From NCBI GenBank assembly GCA_963676565.1, contig OY781089.1:2048001-2112000 (forward strand): a stretch of DNA of 64,000 bases. Reading direction: 5' to 3'. Below the pieces are notes generated by a model, which did no database searches, had not been told where the DNA came from, and saw only the letters and a program-made list of their open reading frames with translations. Source of the stretch: Halarcobacter sp. GTDB lineage: Bacteria > Campylobacterota > Campylobacteria > Campylobacterales > Arcobacteraceae. The first letter of the stretch is position 1. Each line of letters opens with the position of its first letter. Positions 14,418-25,204 of this stretch are shown here, piece by piece. A program made the translations under genes and the position numbers.

Positions 14418-16541
14418 TTATCTTTCTCTAAATTTCTTTTTATTTACTTCTTCAAGAATTGTTTGTGCTATATTTGAAGTATTTTCAGCTATTTGGTGAG
14501 TCTCCCCTGCTACGGCTGCATTGTTTTGTGATTGTTGGTCAAGTCTATTGATCACATCATTTATTTGCTCAATACTTGTTTTTTGTTCCTTTGATGCTTC
14601 TGAGATATCTTTAATAGCATCTGTCGTTTTCGCAATATTTTCATTTAGAGTTTTATATCCTTGAATCATATTCCCCGCTATTTGTTTACCTGTATCAGTT
14701 TTTTGAGTTGCATTTTCAACTAAATCTTTAATCTCTTTAGCAGCTTCTGCACTTCTAGCTGCTAGGTTTCTAACCTCTTGGGCTACAACTGCAAACCCTT
14801 TTCCTGCTTCTCCTGCTGTTGCTGCTTCAACTGCTGCATTTAAAGATAAAATATTTGTTTGGAAAGCTATTTGGTCAATTACTGTAATTGCTTCAGCAAT
14901 TGCTTGAGTTTGTTCATTTATCTCATCCATTGATGTTACAGTAGAACTTGCTAGTTCTTGACCTTTTTTAATAGATTTAGATAATTCATGAGAGTGTAAT
15001 GACATTTCAGAGATTCTATTTGTATTATTTACAACTGTACTTGTAATCTCTTCTAAAGCTGCAGCAGTTTCTTCAAGTGATACGGCAGTTTCATTTGAAG
15101 ATTTATTTAATACATCTACATTTTGAAGCAATATTTTTGAACTATCTTCAAGTGCGAGACCATTTTCTTTGTTTTCTTTTAACATTTGATTAATGATATT
15201 ACAAAGGTTGTTTAATCCTCTTGAGATATTACCATCAGGATTTGGAATTGTATTAGTAAAGTCAAGTTTTGCATATTTTTCAAGGTGTGATAAAATTGGG
15301 CTTATATCACTATTAACATTTTCATTAATAGTTTCTATCATTTGGTTTAATATATCTTTTAACTCATTTAATGATTTGTTTTCAGTTGATTTTTCAACTA
15401 ATATATTTAGTTTTCCCTCTTGTACCTTTGCAACTACATCTTTTACATTGTTGATTAATTCTTTATCTGATTCAAGTCTTTTTGATATTGATACCATTTC
15501 TTCATTAATAACTTTTGCCATTGTTCCAAATTCATCATTTGTATTTATATTTATCTCTTTAATCACATTCTCTTCACCTTTTAGATATTTAAAGAAATAG
15601 TGGAATCCCTCTTCAACAGTTTTTATTGGAGATAAGATTTTAAGTAAAGAGTAAAAAATAATAGCTAAAATAACAAAAAGTAAAACAATATATAAAACGA
15701 TCTCTTCTATTACATCTGCATTTATTTCTTTATAAATATCTTCTTTGTTTAGTTCTAATACAAGATTCCAATTTGTAGTTTTTAGAGTACTATAGGTAAC
15801 TAATTTGGTAACACTATTTTGTGTTGCTTCACCAAAATTAAGTTTTTTTTCGGTTTTTATTTGTTTAAGTAAAGTGTCATTTTTATTCATTAATTTTTTA
15901 TTTTTATGGATTAAAATTTTACCTTCTGAATCAGTTAAATATGATAATCCTAAACCATCAAGTTGAATATTTAAAATAGTTTCAACAATAGTATCAATAA
16001 AAATATCAGAACCAATAACCCCAACTAGATTACCATTTTGATAAAAAGGAACTGCCACTGATACAATCATTTTTTTTGTTGTTACATCGAGGTATGGTTT
16101 TGATACTGTAGCTTTCTTTGCATCTAGAGTTTGTTGATACCAAGGTCTTTTTGTAGCATTATAGTTGTCTTTTTCAACTGTTAATGTATTACCATTTGCA
16201 AGTAATAAAGAACCATCTTTTTGATATCCAATATATACATCAACAAAGTTTCCTGAGTTTTTTGCTTGCAAAAAAGAGTCTAATACTTTCTGTTTCTCTT
16301 CATCGATATTTGTATTTTCTAATTGTTTAGCGATAGCGCGAATAATATCCATTTTTGATTCTATGAATCCATCAATAAATTTTGATTCCTCTTTTATAAG
16401 ATTTAAACTGTTTTGTTTTACTAGCTTGTCTTGTGATGCATAACTACTTTGTGCATTGTTAAAACCTAGTATTGCAAAAGATACTAAAGTACTAACAAAA
16501 ACAAGTAGTAGCAATTTAAGTTTTATACTATTAATTTTCAT
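14418..16541 (-). CDS. Methyl-accepting chemotaxis protein with dCache sensor
   Basis: YNATKRPWY...PYLD dCache amino-acid-binding-like motif; MCP signalling domain. Confidence 0.92.
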   Translation of the reverse strand: MKINSIKLKLLLLVFVSTLVSFAILGFNNAQSSYASQDKLVKQNSLNLIKEESKFIDGFIESKMDIIRAIAKQLENTNIDEEKQKVLDSFLQAKNSGNFVDVYIGYQKDGSLLLANGNTLTVEKDNYNATKRPWYQQTLDAKKATVSKPYLDVTTKKMIVSVAVPFYQNGNLVGVIGSDIFIDTIVETILNIQLDGLGLSYLTDSEGKILIHKNKKLMNKNDTLLKQIKTEKKLNFGEATQNSVTKLVTYSTLKTTNWNLVLELNKEDIYKEINADVIEEIVLYIVLLFVILAIIFYSLLKILSPIKTVEEGFHYFFKYLKGEENVIKEININTNDEFGTMAKVINEEMVSISKRLESDKELINNVKDVVAKVQEGKLNILVEKSTENKSLNELKDILNQMIETINENVNSDISPILSHLEKYAKLDFTNTIPNPDGNISRGLNNLCNIINQMLKENKENGLALEDSSKILLQNVDVLNKSSNETAVSLEETAAALEEITSTVVNNTNRISEMSLHSHELSKSIKKGQELASSTVTSMDEINEQTQAIAEAITVIDQIAFQTNILSLNAAVEAATAGEAGKGFAVVAQEVRNLAARSAEAAKEIKDLVENATQKTDTGKQIAGNMIQGYKTLNENIAKTTDAIKDISEASKEQKTSIEQINDVINRLDQQSQNNAAVAGETHQIAENTSNIAQTILEEVNKKKFRER

Positions 16542-16663
16542 TTTATGTCCTTTTATTATTTAAAGCAACGAAAAACGTTGATTATTATATCTTATAATAA
16601 CTTAAAAAGGTTTCATTTTGGAAGCATTTTTATAAAAAATAATTATTATGAATTTTCTTATCC

Positions 16664-19600
16664 TTAATTAGATTTAACCCATTTTCTAACCTCTTTAATC
16701 ACAAGTTTCAATTCATTTTGGGTTTCATCAATTAAATTTTTATCAACTTTTTGATTAAATTTTAAAGATCGCTCTATTTTTGCAAATAGATTTGATAATT
16801 TCATAGCACCCATTGTTCCACAAACACCTTTTAGAGTATGTGCTAAATTAATTGCATCATCAAATTTAGTTTCTAAAATATATCTTTCTAAAATTGTATA
16901 ATCATTAATCCTATCTTGTAAAAAGCTCTCTAGAAAATTTTTATATAAATCAGTGCGTCCTATCATTCTTGAAATAGCTTCTTTTGTGTCAAGAGTTTTA
17001 TTATTCTCTCCTTCAATTTTTTTAAGACTTATTCTTTTTATTTTTCCATTAGAATTTATCCAATGCCTTACTTTATTATATAAATCTTTAACATCAAAAG
17101 GTTTAATAATATAATCAGACATACCAATATCTAAACATTTATCTAAATCTTTTTTTAACGCATTTGCTGTTAATGCAACAATTGGTATATTTTTGAATTG
17201 TTCATTCTGCTTAATATTTGTAGTTGCAGTATATCCATCCATAATAGGCATATGAATATCCATTAATATCAGATTATAATAGTTTGGATTGTTATTAAAT
17301 ACTTTGTCAAGAGCCTCTTTACCATTTGATGCTATTTCAACATCACTTACTATCTCTTTTAAAAATGTTTGAGCAAGTTCTTGATTTATATCGTTATCTT
17401 CTACAAGTAAAATTCTAGCATTTAATATTTTTTTATTTTCAGTATCTAAATTTTTTATTTCAGATTTTTTTATCTTATTTTTATAATTTATCTCTTCTTC
17501 TATAGATATACTAGATATTGTAAAGCAAAAAGAACTTCCTTTTCCTTCTTTACTTTCAAAACTAATTTCTCCTCCCATTAATTCAACTAAATTTTTAGCT
17601 ATTACTAAACCTAAACCAGTTCCTCCAAACTCCCTAGAAATAGAATTATCCTCTTGTATAAAAGGTTTAAACAAAGCTTTTTGTTTATCTTTTGCAATTC
17701 CTTTTCCTGTATCAATTATTGAAAATTTTAAAGTGATATTATCATTCTCTTTTGATAAAAGTTGAATCTTAACTTTTACTGAGCCTTTTTGAGTAAATTT
17801 TATAGCATTACTAACTAAATTAATTAGTACTTGTGTCAGTCTTAATTTATCGCCCACTATAAGTTCTGGTGTGAACTGATCTTGAATAATAATAAATTCT
17901 AAGTCTTTTTGTCTTGCGGTGTATCCAAATAAATCATTTAGTTGACTTACTATTTCTCTTAAATTAAATGGTTTATTATCAATATCTATTTTTCTAGCTT
18001 CAATTTTTGAAAAATCTAAAATATCATTAATAATACCCAGTAGCATTTTTGCAGAATTTTGTCCTTTTTTAACATATTCCTTTGACAATTCAGTATCTGT
18101 ATCAATTTTAGATAGTGCTAAATTTAACATCCCAATAATACCATTCATTGGTGTTCTTATTTCATGGCTCATATTTGCTAAAAACTCACTTTTTGCATGA
18201 TTTGCTTTTAATAGTTTTTCTTCAATCTCTTTTCTTTTTTTAATTTCATTTTTTAATCTTCTTAACCAAAAAAGTATAATAATTAATATGAATAATAAAA
18301 CTGAAACTATTTTGTACACTAATGAATAATCTATTCCTTTATCAACTTTGACGCCAATCCATTTACTAAAAGAATTTGCAATTTCTTTATGAGAAATACT
18401 ATTTAAAGCCTTCTGCAAAATAGAATTAAGTAATGGTTCTTTTTTTACTGTCGCAATTGATAAGTTTAAATTTATATCAAATTTTCCAGCAATTTTTAAA
18501 TCAAAACTTCCTTCTTGTTGTAAATAATAACCTAAGTTCCCAATGGAACCTATATATCCATATATTTGACCACTTCTGACTTTTTCAACTCCTTCTCTAA
18601 TATCTGAAAGTAAAATAAGTTTTAAATTTGGGTATTCTTTTTTTAATATTTTTTCGTATGCAGAACCTTTTGCTACACCAATCTTTTTTCCATATAATTC
18701 ATCTATAGTATTTACAAAAAGTGTTTCATTTTTTGTGACAATTCCAGTATATGTTGTTACATAAGGACTTGTAAAATCTAAGAAATCTTTTCTGCTATCT
18801 AGTTTTTGTGCTAAAGGTAAAATATCACAATAACCTTTTTTTAATGCATCGAAAGTTTCTTTAAAAGTTTTAGTTTGATAAACTTTTAGCTCTATTCCTA
18901 ATTTTTTTTCAATAACATCCATCAAATCTTTAGTTAGACCAATATGGTTACCATTTTTGTCAAAACCTTCATAGGGCATATAACTTGGAATTAGACACAT
19001 ATTAATAACTTTTTTTCTATCTAGATAATTTAATTCAGTGATTGATAAATTAATTTGTTTTTCATTAGGATTATTTATTTTTCCGTACCATTTTTCTTCT
19101 AATTCTGATATTTCACCTGGAGTAATACTTGACAATCCTTTATTAATAATAGTTAAAAGTTCTGGATATTCTTGATGAGTCATATAATGTAAACTTCTAT
19201 AATTAGGTTTATCATATTCTTCTACAAGACCATGTATTTTTATATTAGTGTATAGATTCTTTTTAATAAAATAATTCATTACTTGCTTGGAATCAATTAA
19301 GGCATATACTTTATCAGTCAATAAGTACTCTAACCCTTCTTGAACATTATTAACTGTTACAAGTTCTATTTGTGGATAATTTTCTTTTAAAAAAAATTCA
19401 ATACCAAAACTTTTTCCTACTGCAACTTTTTTACCATATAAATCTTTTAGATTTTTTATCTTCTTTTTATCCTTTTTTGTTGCAAACGAGTTGTTATATA
19501 AAAAAATAGGATTTGATACAATGGAGTTAGAATCTTTAGTGAACACTATTTCTATAGGTTGAATCAAATCTAATTTCTTGTTTTTGTACATAGTAAATAA

Positions 19601-20932
19601 TTCATCCCATGTGTAACCATTAACAAATTCAAAGTTTAAACCTGTTTTTGATGAAATACTTTTTAAAATATCAATAGAGTATCCTTGAGGTTTTCCATTT
19701 ATTGCAAAATCAAAAGGAGCCCAATCTAATTCATTGCTTACTTTTATTACTGGTTTTTTTTTCAAAAACTCTTTTTCTTTTTTTGTAAGTTCTATAGTTG
19801 GAATTTTATCTTCACGAAGGATTCTTATTTCCTTCTTATTTAATATAATACTGTTTTTAGGTAGTAGTTCTTTATCAATAGAAAATTTATTTAAGAGTTC
19901 TTCATCAAAAATAAATTTTGCAGAATATTTCCTAATAATTGGGATTTCTTCTGGTTTTGTTCCTGATAATATTTTATGCGCCATATTAGCAGCCTCTAAT
20001 CCATGACTAAAACCTGTTTCTAGTTTTCCACCAATTATCCCATACCCAAGTAAAAAGTCCCATCCTGCATAAATAGGTAGATTAGTGATTTTATTGATTT
20101 CTTTTGTTACCTCAGGAATACTATAATATTTTCCATTTTTATCTTTAAAAAAACTATGAAAAAATATTACAGTATCCTCAGGAAGAGATTTAACCTCTTT
20201 CAATAATTGATTTAAAGTAGAAGGTTTAGAAAACTGAAAATTTATATCTTTATTTTTAAAACTATTTATGATTCTTTTTATTTCATTTTGAACAATAATT
20301 CCAGATTTTGTTTGATCATTTATGATGTAAATATTTCTAGTTCGTGGGTGAAGTTTAAGCATTAAATTAAAAGTAGCCTCAATATCAGACTCTTCACTAA
20401 CACCAGTTATATTTTTAGTTCCTTTAAGTTGTTTTTCTTTGAAAAAATTTACCCCACAAAATATAATTGGTGTATTTTTAAAAATTAAGTCTTTGTTTTC
20501 AACTAAAAATTCAAATGCATTATTATCAGAAGCAATTACTAGATCGAAGTTTTCATTTTTGTATCTATAATTGTATGTATCCTTTAATAGATTCATATAT
20601 TTTTTATCAAATTTTCTTTTTGTATCCATATATTCAATATTTAAACTAACATTAGTTTGTGGTGGGAATAATGCTTTAACTCCAGCTGTGATATCATCAG
20701 TCCATTTATATCCAATATGATATGAATTTAGAAGCAATACTTCTTTAGATTTTTTATATTTTTTTGGTTTATATCCAGTTGACTCAAAAATTTTTGAAGA
20801 TAACTCTTTTTTATTATATGAATTCAAGAAATTTAGATTTGTATCTTTATTAGATAAATTTATTTCATTAGCAAAAATATTTGTATAAAAACTAAATAAT
20901 ATAAGCAAAACTAATTTAAATAGTTTATTCAT
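16664..20932 (-). CDS. Large hybrid sensor kinase (ABC-type substrate-binding domain, two family-3 PBP domains, TM, HisKA, HATPase, REC, Hpt)
   Basis: [40 protein letters not shown] and AHTLKG motifs. Confidence 0.92.
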   Translation of the reverse strand: MNKLFKLVLLILFSFYTNIFANEINLSNKDTNLNFLNSYNKKELSSKIFESTGYKPKKYKKSKEVLLLNSYHIGYKWTDDITAGVKALFPPQTNVSLNIEYMDTKRKFDKKYMNLLKDTYNYRYKNENFDLVIASDNNAFEFLVENKDLIFKNTPIIFCGVNFFKEKQLKGTKNITGVSEESDIEATFNLMLKLHPRTRNIYIINDQTKSGIIVQNEIKRIINSFKNKDINFQFSKPSTLNQLLKEVKSLPEDTVIFFHSFFKDKNGKYYSIPEVTKEINKITNLPIYAGWDFLLGYGIIGGKLETGFSHGLEAANMAHKILSGTKPEEIPIIRKYSAKFIFDEELLNKFSIDKELLPKNSIILNKKEIRILREDKIPTIELTKKEKEFLKKKPVIKVSNELDWAPFDFAINGKPQGYSIDILKSISSKTGLNFEFVNGYTWDELFTMYKNKKLDLIQPIEIVFTKDSNSIVSNPIFLYNNSFATKKDKKKIKNLKDLYGKKVAVGKSFGIEFFLKENYPQIELVTVNNVQEGLEYLLTDKVYALIDSKQVMNYFIKKNLYTNIKIHGLVEEYDKPNYRSLHYMTHQEYPELLTIINKGLSSITPGEISELEEKWYGKINNPNEKQINLSITELNYLDRKKVINMCLIPSYMPYEGFDKNGNHIGLTKDLMDVIEKKLGIELKVYQTKTFKETFDALKKGYCDILPLAQKLDSRKDFLDFTSPYVTTYTGIVTKNETLFVNTIDELYGKKIGVAKGSAYEKILKKEYPNLKLILLSDIREGVEKVRSGQIYGYIGSIGNLGYYLQQEGSFDLKIAGKFDINLNLSIATVKKEPLLNSILQKALNSISHKEIANSFSKWIGVKVDKGIDYSLVYKIVSVLLFILIIILFWLRRLKNEIKKRKEIEEKLLKANHAKSEFLANMSHEIRTPMNGIIGMLNLALSKIDTDTELSKEYVKKGQNSAKMLLGIINDILDFSKIEARKIDIDNKPFNLREIVSQLNDLFGYTARQKDLEFIIIQDQFTPELIVGDKLRLTQVLINLVSNAIKFTQKGSVKVKIQLLSKENDNITLKFSIIDTGKGIAKDKQKALFKPFIQEDNSISREFGGTGLGLVIAKNLVELMGGEISFESKEGKGSSFCFTISSISIEEEINYKNKIKKSEIKNLDTENKKILNARILLVEDNDINQELAQTFLKEIVSDVEIASNGKEALDKVFNNNPNYYNLILMDIHMPIMDGYTATTNIKQNEQFKNIPIVALTANALKKDLDKCLDIGMSDYIIKPFDVKDLYNKVRHWINSNGKIKRISLKKIEGENNKTLDTKEAISRMIGRTDLYKNFLESFLQDRINDYTILERYILETKFDDAINLAHTLKGVCGTMGAMKLSNLFAKIERSLKFNQKVDKNLIDETQNELKLVIKEVRKWVKSN

Positions 20933-21168
20933 TTATCTTACCTTTTATTATTTTTTATTATTCAATTACTAATATATACTATTTTTACTACATTTTAGTG
21001 ACAAATTTAATATTATAAGTAGTTTTGAAAAAAATATAATTCTCAAATGAACTTTAAAGTTAGATAGAAAAATATTAAAAAAAGTTATAATCTAAAATTT
21101 AAATTATCTTTATTGAACAATTATTTACTGTAATCATTTAGTTACTTAAAAATAATATCATTCGGCAT

Positions 21169-21306
21169 TAACAAAATTATTAAGAATCTTGTCCTTTTTT
21201 CACATTCCTACTTTTCTTAATAAGATTGTTAGTTTTTATTTATACTCTTTAAAATAAAAAGAGGAGTCACTCCTTATTTCGTCCCATGAATAAGCTCCTC
21301 TTTTTT
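21169..21306 (+). ncRNA. Candidate sRNA or attenuator with two hairpins and C/U-rich loops
   Basis: Stems 21169-21186/21214-21231 and 21256-21266/21295-21305; the second ends in a T-run. Confidence 0.4.
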
Positions 21307-21334
21307 ATTCAAATTCAAAATTAGGATAAAACTT

Positions 21335-21736
21335 ATGAATAGATATTTTGATATGAAGAACTTCATTTTTATGGTAAAATTTTTAATAACTTTTGTATTA
21401 TATTTTTCTGTAAAAGATTTTTCAGAAGTTAATAGTTTCTCTCAGCTTGCAGTTGCCCTTTTAGAGTTCATTATTATATTAGAGCTCGTTAGGATGTTAT
21501 TAGAGTTTATGTTTAGTAATGAAAATAGAATTAGGATGAGAATTATGATTGATTCAACAATCGTATTTTTTATAAGAGATATTATGTTAATAGTAAATGA
21601 TAAATTTAATACAGAGAAAATTTTTACGATACTTGGTATAATAGCTGTTTTAATTTTATTTAGAATAATAGTTATGAAATACAGTCCATCAAAATTTGAA
21701 CTATTTTATAATAATAAAGACAAAAGTAATATCTAA
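21335..21736 (+). CDS. Phosphate-starvation-inducible PsiE family membrane protein
   Basis: Four hydrophobic segments; LEFIIILELVRM and IDSTIVFFIRDI motifs. Confidence 0.75.
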   Translation: MNRYFDMKNFIFMVKFLITFVLYFSVKDFSEVNSFSQLAVALLEFIIILELVRMLLEFMFSNENRIRMRIMIDSTIVFFIRDIMLIVNDKFNTEKIFTILGIIAVLILFRIIVMKYSPSKFELFYNNKDKSNI

Positions 21737-21744
21737 TTTGAACT

Positions 21745-22043
21745 TATTGAATTAGTAGTACATATCCAAAGCTTGAAGCTAAAATTGACAAAGTCTCTTC
21801 ATCAACTCTTTTTGGTTTTTAGAAGCTACATATCTTATGGAGTTTCTAATTTGATGTACAATACACAATTGAACCTCAATAAGTATATCTTTAACACCAT
21901 GAATAGTATAAACAGCTTTAGAGATATAAATTTAACAAAGATAAAATCTTTTGCTCTATATGATCTGACATATGTGTTTGATTCATTTTTCAATCCTTTA
22001 GAATAAATTCTATCAGACTGACATAAAGTTTCTAACACATCCC
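21745..22043 (-). mobile_element. Collapsed IS256 (Mutator) family relic: left terminal repeat plus colinear transposase fragments
   Basis: Minus strand: GGGATGTGTTAGAAACTTTATGTCAG end, AAGGA RBS and ATG at 21986, then NQTHMSDHIEQKILSL / YISKAVYTI / GVKDILI / EVQLCIVHQIRNSIRYVASKNQKELMK / ICTTNSI, all IS256 transposase motifs. Confidence 0.8.
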
Positions 22044-22045
22044 TT

Positions 22046-23443
22046 TTATTTCTTAGGATATGTCATCTCTTCTGGCTTAACATATTTTTCAAAATCTTCT
22101 TTAGATAATAATCCTAAATTAATAGCTTCTTCTTTTAATGTTGAACCATTAGCATGAGCTGTTTTGGCTATTTTAGCAGCATTTTCGTAACCAATATATG
22201 GGTTTAATGCAGTTACTAGCATAAGTGAATCATTTAAATATTTATCTATATTTGTTCTATTTGCTTGAATTCCAATTGCACACTTATCATTAAATGCAAT
22301 CATGGTATCACTTAATAATCTAATTGATTGAATAATATTTAAAGCAATTACTGGTTTAAATACATTTAATTCAAAATTTCCTTGTGATGCAGCAACTGAA
22401 ATAGTTGTATGATTTCCCATAACCTGAACTGCCACCATTGTCATAGCTTCACTTTGAGTTGGATTTACTTTACCTGGCATAATAGAACTTCCTGGTTCAT
22501 TTTCAGGAATACTTAATTCACCAATTCCACATCTAGGACCTGAAGCTAACCATCTAATATCGTTTGCTATTTTCATTAAATTTGAGGCTAGAGCATTTAA
22601 AGCTCCACTTAATACTACTTCACCATCATGAGCTGTAAGTGCATGGAATTTATTTGGATGTGATTTAAATTTATATTTTGTAGAAGTTAATTCATTTAAA
22701 ACTTCACTTACCATATTTGAAAAATCTGGATGGGAGTTAAGGCCTGTTCCAACTGCTGTTCCACCAATTGCAAGTTCAACAATATATTTCATTACATCAT
22801 CTATTTGAGATAAAGCTTTATCAAGCATATCAACATATCCTGATAATTCTTGTCCCAGGGTAAGAGGAGTTGCATCTTGTAAGTGAGTACGTCCTATTTT
22901 TACTACATCATTAAAGTCCTTTACTTTTTGCTCTAGTGTAGCTTTTAAAGTATTTATTGCAGGGATTAATTTTTTTTGAACATCTAAAACAAAAGCAACT
23001 CTCATAGCAGTAGGGTAAGTATCGTTTGAACTTTGTCCTTTGTTTACATCATCATTTGGATGAACTAGTTTTTCAACTCTAAAATCACTTCCAAGAATCT
23101 CTGTAGCTCTATTTGCTACAACTTCATTTATGTTCATATTTGATTGAGTTCCAGAACCTGTTTGCCATACAACAAGTGGGAAATTCCCTCCTAGTTTACC
23201 TTCAATTACTTCATCACAAGCATTTGAAATAGCTTTAGTTTTTTCATTATTTAGTCTTTCCAATTTATTGTTAACTATTGCACAAGCTTTTTTTAAATAT
23301 GCAAAACCTTCTATAATTTCTTTTGGCATTTTTTCTTCACCAATTGGAAAGTTTTCAAGGCTTCTTTGTGTTTGTGCTGCCCAATATTTGTTATTTGGTA
23401 CTTTCATTTCACCCATTGTATCTTTTTCTATTCTATAATCCAT
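22046..23443 (-). CDS. fumC: Class II fumarate hydratase
   Basis: WQTGSGTQSNMN, GRTHLQDA and GSSIMPGKVNP signature. Confidence 0.98.
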   Translation of the reverse strand: MDYRIEKDTMGEMKVPNNKYWAAQTQRSLENFPIGEEKMPKEIIEGFAYLKKACAIVNNKLERLNNEKTKAISNACDEVIEGKLGGNFPLVVWQTGSGTQSNMNINEVVANRATEILGSDFRVEKLVHPNDDVNKGQSSNDTYPTAMRVAFVLDVQKKLIPAINTLKATLEQKVKDFNDVVKIGRTHLQDATPLTLGQELSGYVDMLDKALSQIDDVMKYIVELAIGGTAVGTGLNSHPDFSNMVSEVLNELTSTKYKFKSHPNKFHALTAHDGEVVLSGALNALASNLMKIANDIRWLASGPRCGIGELSIPENEPGSSIMPGKVNPTQSEAMTMVAVQVMGNHTTISVAASQGNFELNVFKPVIALNIIQSIRLLSDTMIAFNDKCAIGIQANRTNIDKYLNDSLMLVTALNPYIGYENAAKIAKTAHANGSTLKEEAINLGLLSKEDFEKYVKPEEMTYPKK

Positions 23444-23527
23444 TGTATATCCTTTTACGATAATATAAATTATAGTATAAAAAAATATATGGAATATTAG
23501 AAGTTTTTGTTAGGTAAAAATAAAAAA

Positions 23528-23553
23528 AGCTAAGAAGAAAAATCTTCTTAGCT
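23528..23553 (-). terminator. Intrinsic terminator after the class I fumarase gene
   Basis: AGCTAAGAAGA-AAAA-TCTTCTTAGCT with a T-run on the minus strand. Confidence 0.8.
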
Positions 23554-23591
23554 AATTATATATAAGTATTATTTATTAGGATATATAAAAT

Positions 23592-25085
23592 TTAAATCGC
23601 TCTCCACTTTTGTGGACCAGTAGTATGAATAGAAGTACCCTCTGTATCAACTGCAACAGTAACAGGCATATCTTTTACTTCAAATTCGTAAATAGCTTCC
23701 ATTCCCATCTCTTCAAATGCTAATACTTTTGCATCTTTAATAGATTGAGAAATTAAATAAGCTGCTCCACCTGTAGCAATTAAATACATAGATTTGTATT
23801 CTTTGATTAAATCAATAGTTGGTTGCTTTCTTTCAGCTTTACCAATCATACCCATGATTCCAATCTCCATCATATCTTTAGTAAACTTATCCATTCTAGT
23901 TGATGTAGTTGGTCCTGCAGGTCCTACTTTTTCATCTCTAACTGGATCAACTGGTCCAACGTAGTAGATAAATCTATCTTTTAAGTCAACACCATTTGGA
24001 AGTGGTTTCCCTGCATTTTTATACTCAACAATTTTTTTATGAGCAGCATCTCTTGCAGTTAAGATTTTTCCTGATAATAGTAAAGTATCTCCTGATTTAA
24101 ATTGAGATAAATTCTCTTTTGTTAAATCTTCAATATTTACTTTTTTAATTGTATCCATTGGTAGTTCTAAATCTGGCCAAAGGTCTAAATCTGGTTTTTC
24201 AAATTTTGCTGGTCCATTTCCATCAAGTTCAAAATGGATATGTCTAGTAGCTGCACAGTTTGGAATCATAGCAACAGGAAGTGATGCTGCATGACATGGA
24301 TAATCTAAAATTTTAACATCTAGAACTGTTGTTAATCCACCAAGTCCTTGTGCTCCAATTCCGATTTTATTAATGTCTTCATATAATTTTAGTCTTAATT
24401 CTTCTAAAGCATTTTGAGGACCTCTTTCTTTTAGTTCATGAATATCAACATGACCCATTAAAGCCTCTTTAGCTAATAGCATTGATTTTTCTGGATTACC
24501 ACCAATACCAATACCTAAGATTCCTGGAGGACACCATCCTGCTCCCATTTGCTCAACATTACTCATAACCCAATCATAAATTGAATCACTTGGATTTAAT
24601 ACAGCAAATTTAGATTTATTTTCAGATCCTCCACCTTTAGCTGCAACTGTAATATCTAATTTATCAGAGTTTGCATCAACTGAAAAGTGAATAACTGCTG
24701 GTGTATTATTTTTAGTATTTGTTCTAGCTCCTGCAGGATCTGCAACAACAGAGTATCTTAAAGTATTATCTGGGTCTGTATAACCTTTTGCTACACCTTC
24801 ATTTAATACATCTTCTAACTCTTTTGAAATATCTAAGTCAGCTTTTAAACCAACTTTTATAAAAATATTTACGCTCCCTGTATCTTGACATAAAGGTCTA
24901 TGTCCTAGTGCACACATTTTAGAGTTAATTAAAATTTGTCCAATAGCATTTTTTGCTGCTTCTGATTTTTCATTTTCATAAGCTTCTACCATCCCTTTAA
25001 CAAAATCTTCAGGGTGATAAAAAGATATATATTGACATGCGTCAGCAATACTTTGTACGATATCTTGTTCGGTGATTTTTCCCAT
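23592..25085 (-). CDS. Class I (Fe-S) fumarate hydratase, single chain
   Basis: RPLCQDTG, KGGGSENK, GWCPP, HAASLP, NCAATR and GPTTSTRMD; start set at the ATG at 25085 (MGKITEQ). Confidence 0.95.
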   Translation of the reverse strand: MGKITEQDIVQSIADACQYISFYHPEDFVKGMVEAYENEKSEAAKNAIGQILINSKMCALGHRPLCQDTGSVNIFIKVGLKADLDISKELEDVLNEGVAKGYTDPDNTLRYSVVADPAGARTNTKNNTPAVIHFSVDANSDKLDITVAAKGGGSENKSKFAVLNPSDSIYDWVMSNVEQMGAGWCPPGILGIGIGGNPEKSMLLAKEALMGHVDIHELKERGPQNALEELRLKLYEDINKIGIGAQGLGGLTTVLDVKILDYPCHAASLPVAMIPNCAATRHIHFELDGNGPAKFEKPDLDLWPDLELPMDTIKKVNIEDLTKENLSQFKSGDTLLLSGKILTARDAAHKKIVEYKNAGKPLPNGVDLKDRFIYYVGPVDPVRDEKVGPAGPTTSTRMDKFTKDMMEIGIMGMIGKAERKQPTIDLIKEYKSMYLIATGGAAYLISQSIKDAKVLAFEEMGMEAIYEFEVKDMPVTVAVDTEGTSIHTTGPQKWRAI

Positions 25086-25204
25086 TCTCCAAGTCCTTTT
25101 ATAAATTTTAAATTTCAATGATTATATCAAATATGAGATTATTAAAAAGAATGAGAATCATTAAAGTAATAGGAACAATTGCTCTTAGTTACACAACTTC
25201 TCAT

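Noticed and set aside
21773..22038. ORF-track entries 21773-22006 (+) and 21835-22038 (-)
   Set aside because: Off-frame or antisense readings of the IS256 relic; no protein motifs
25086..25118. N-terminal extension of the class I fumarase
   Set aside because: GGAG RBS precedes the ATG at 25085; the extension has no family features
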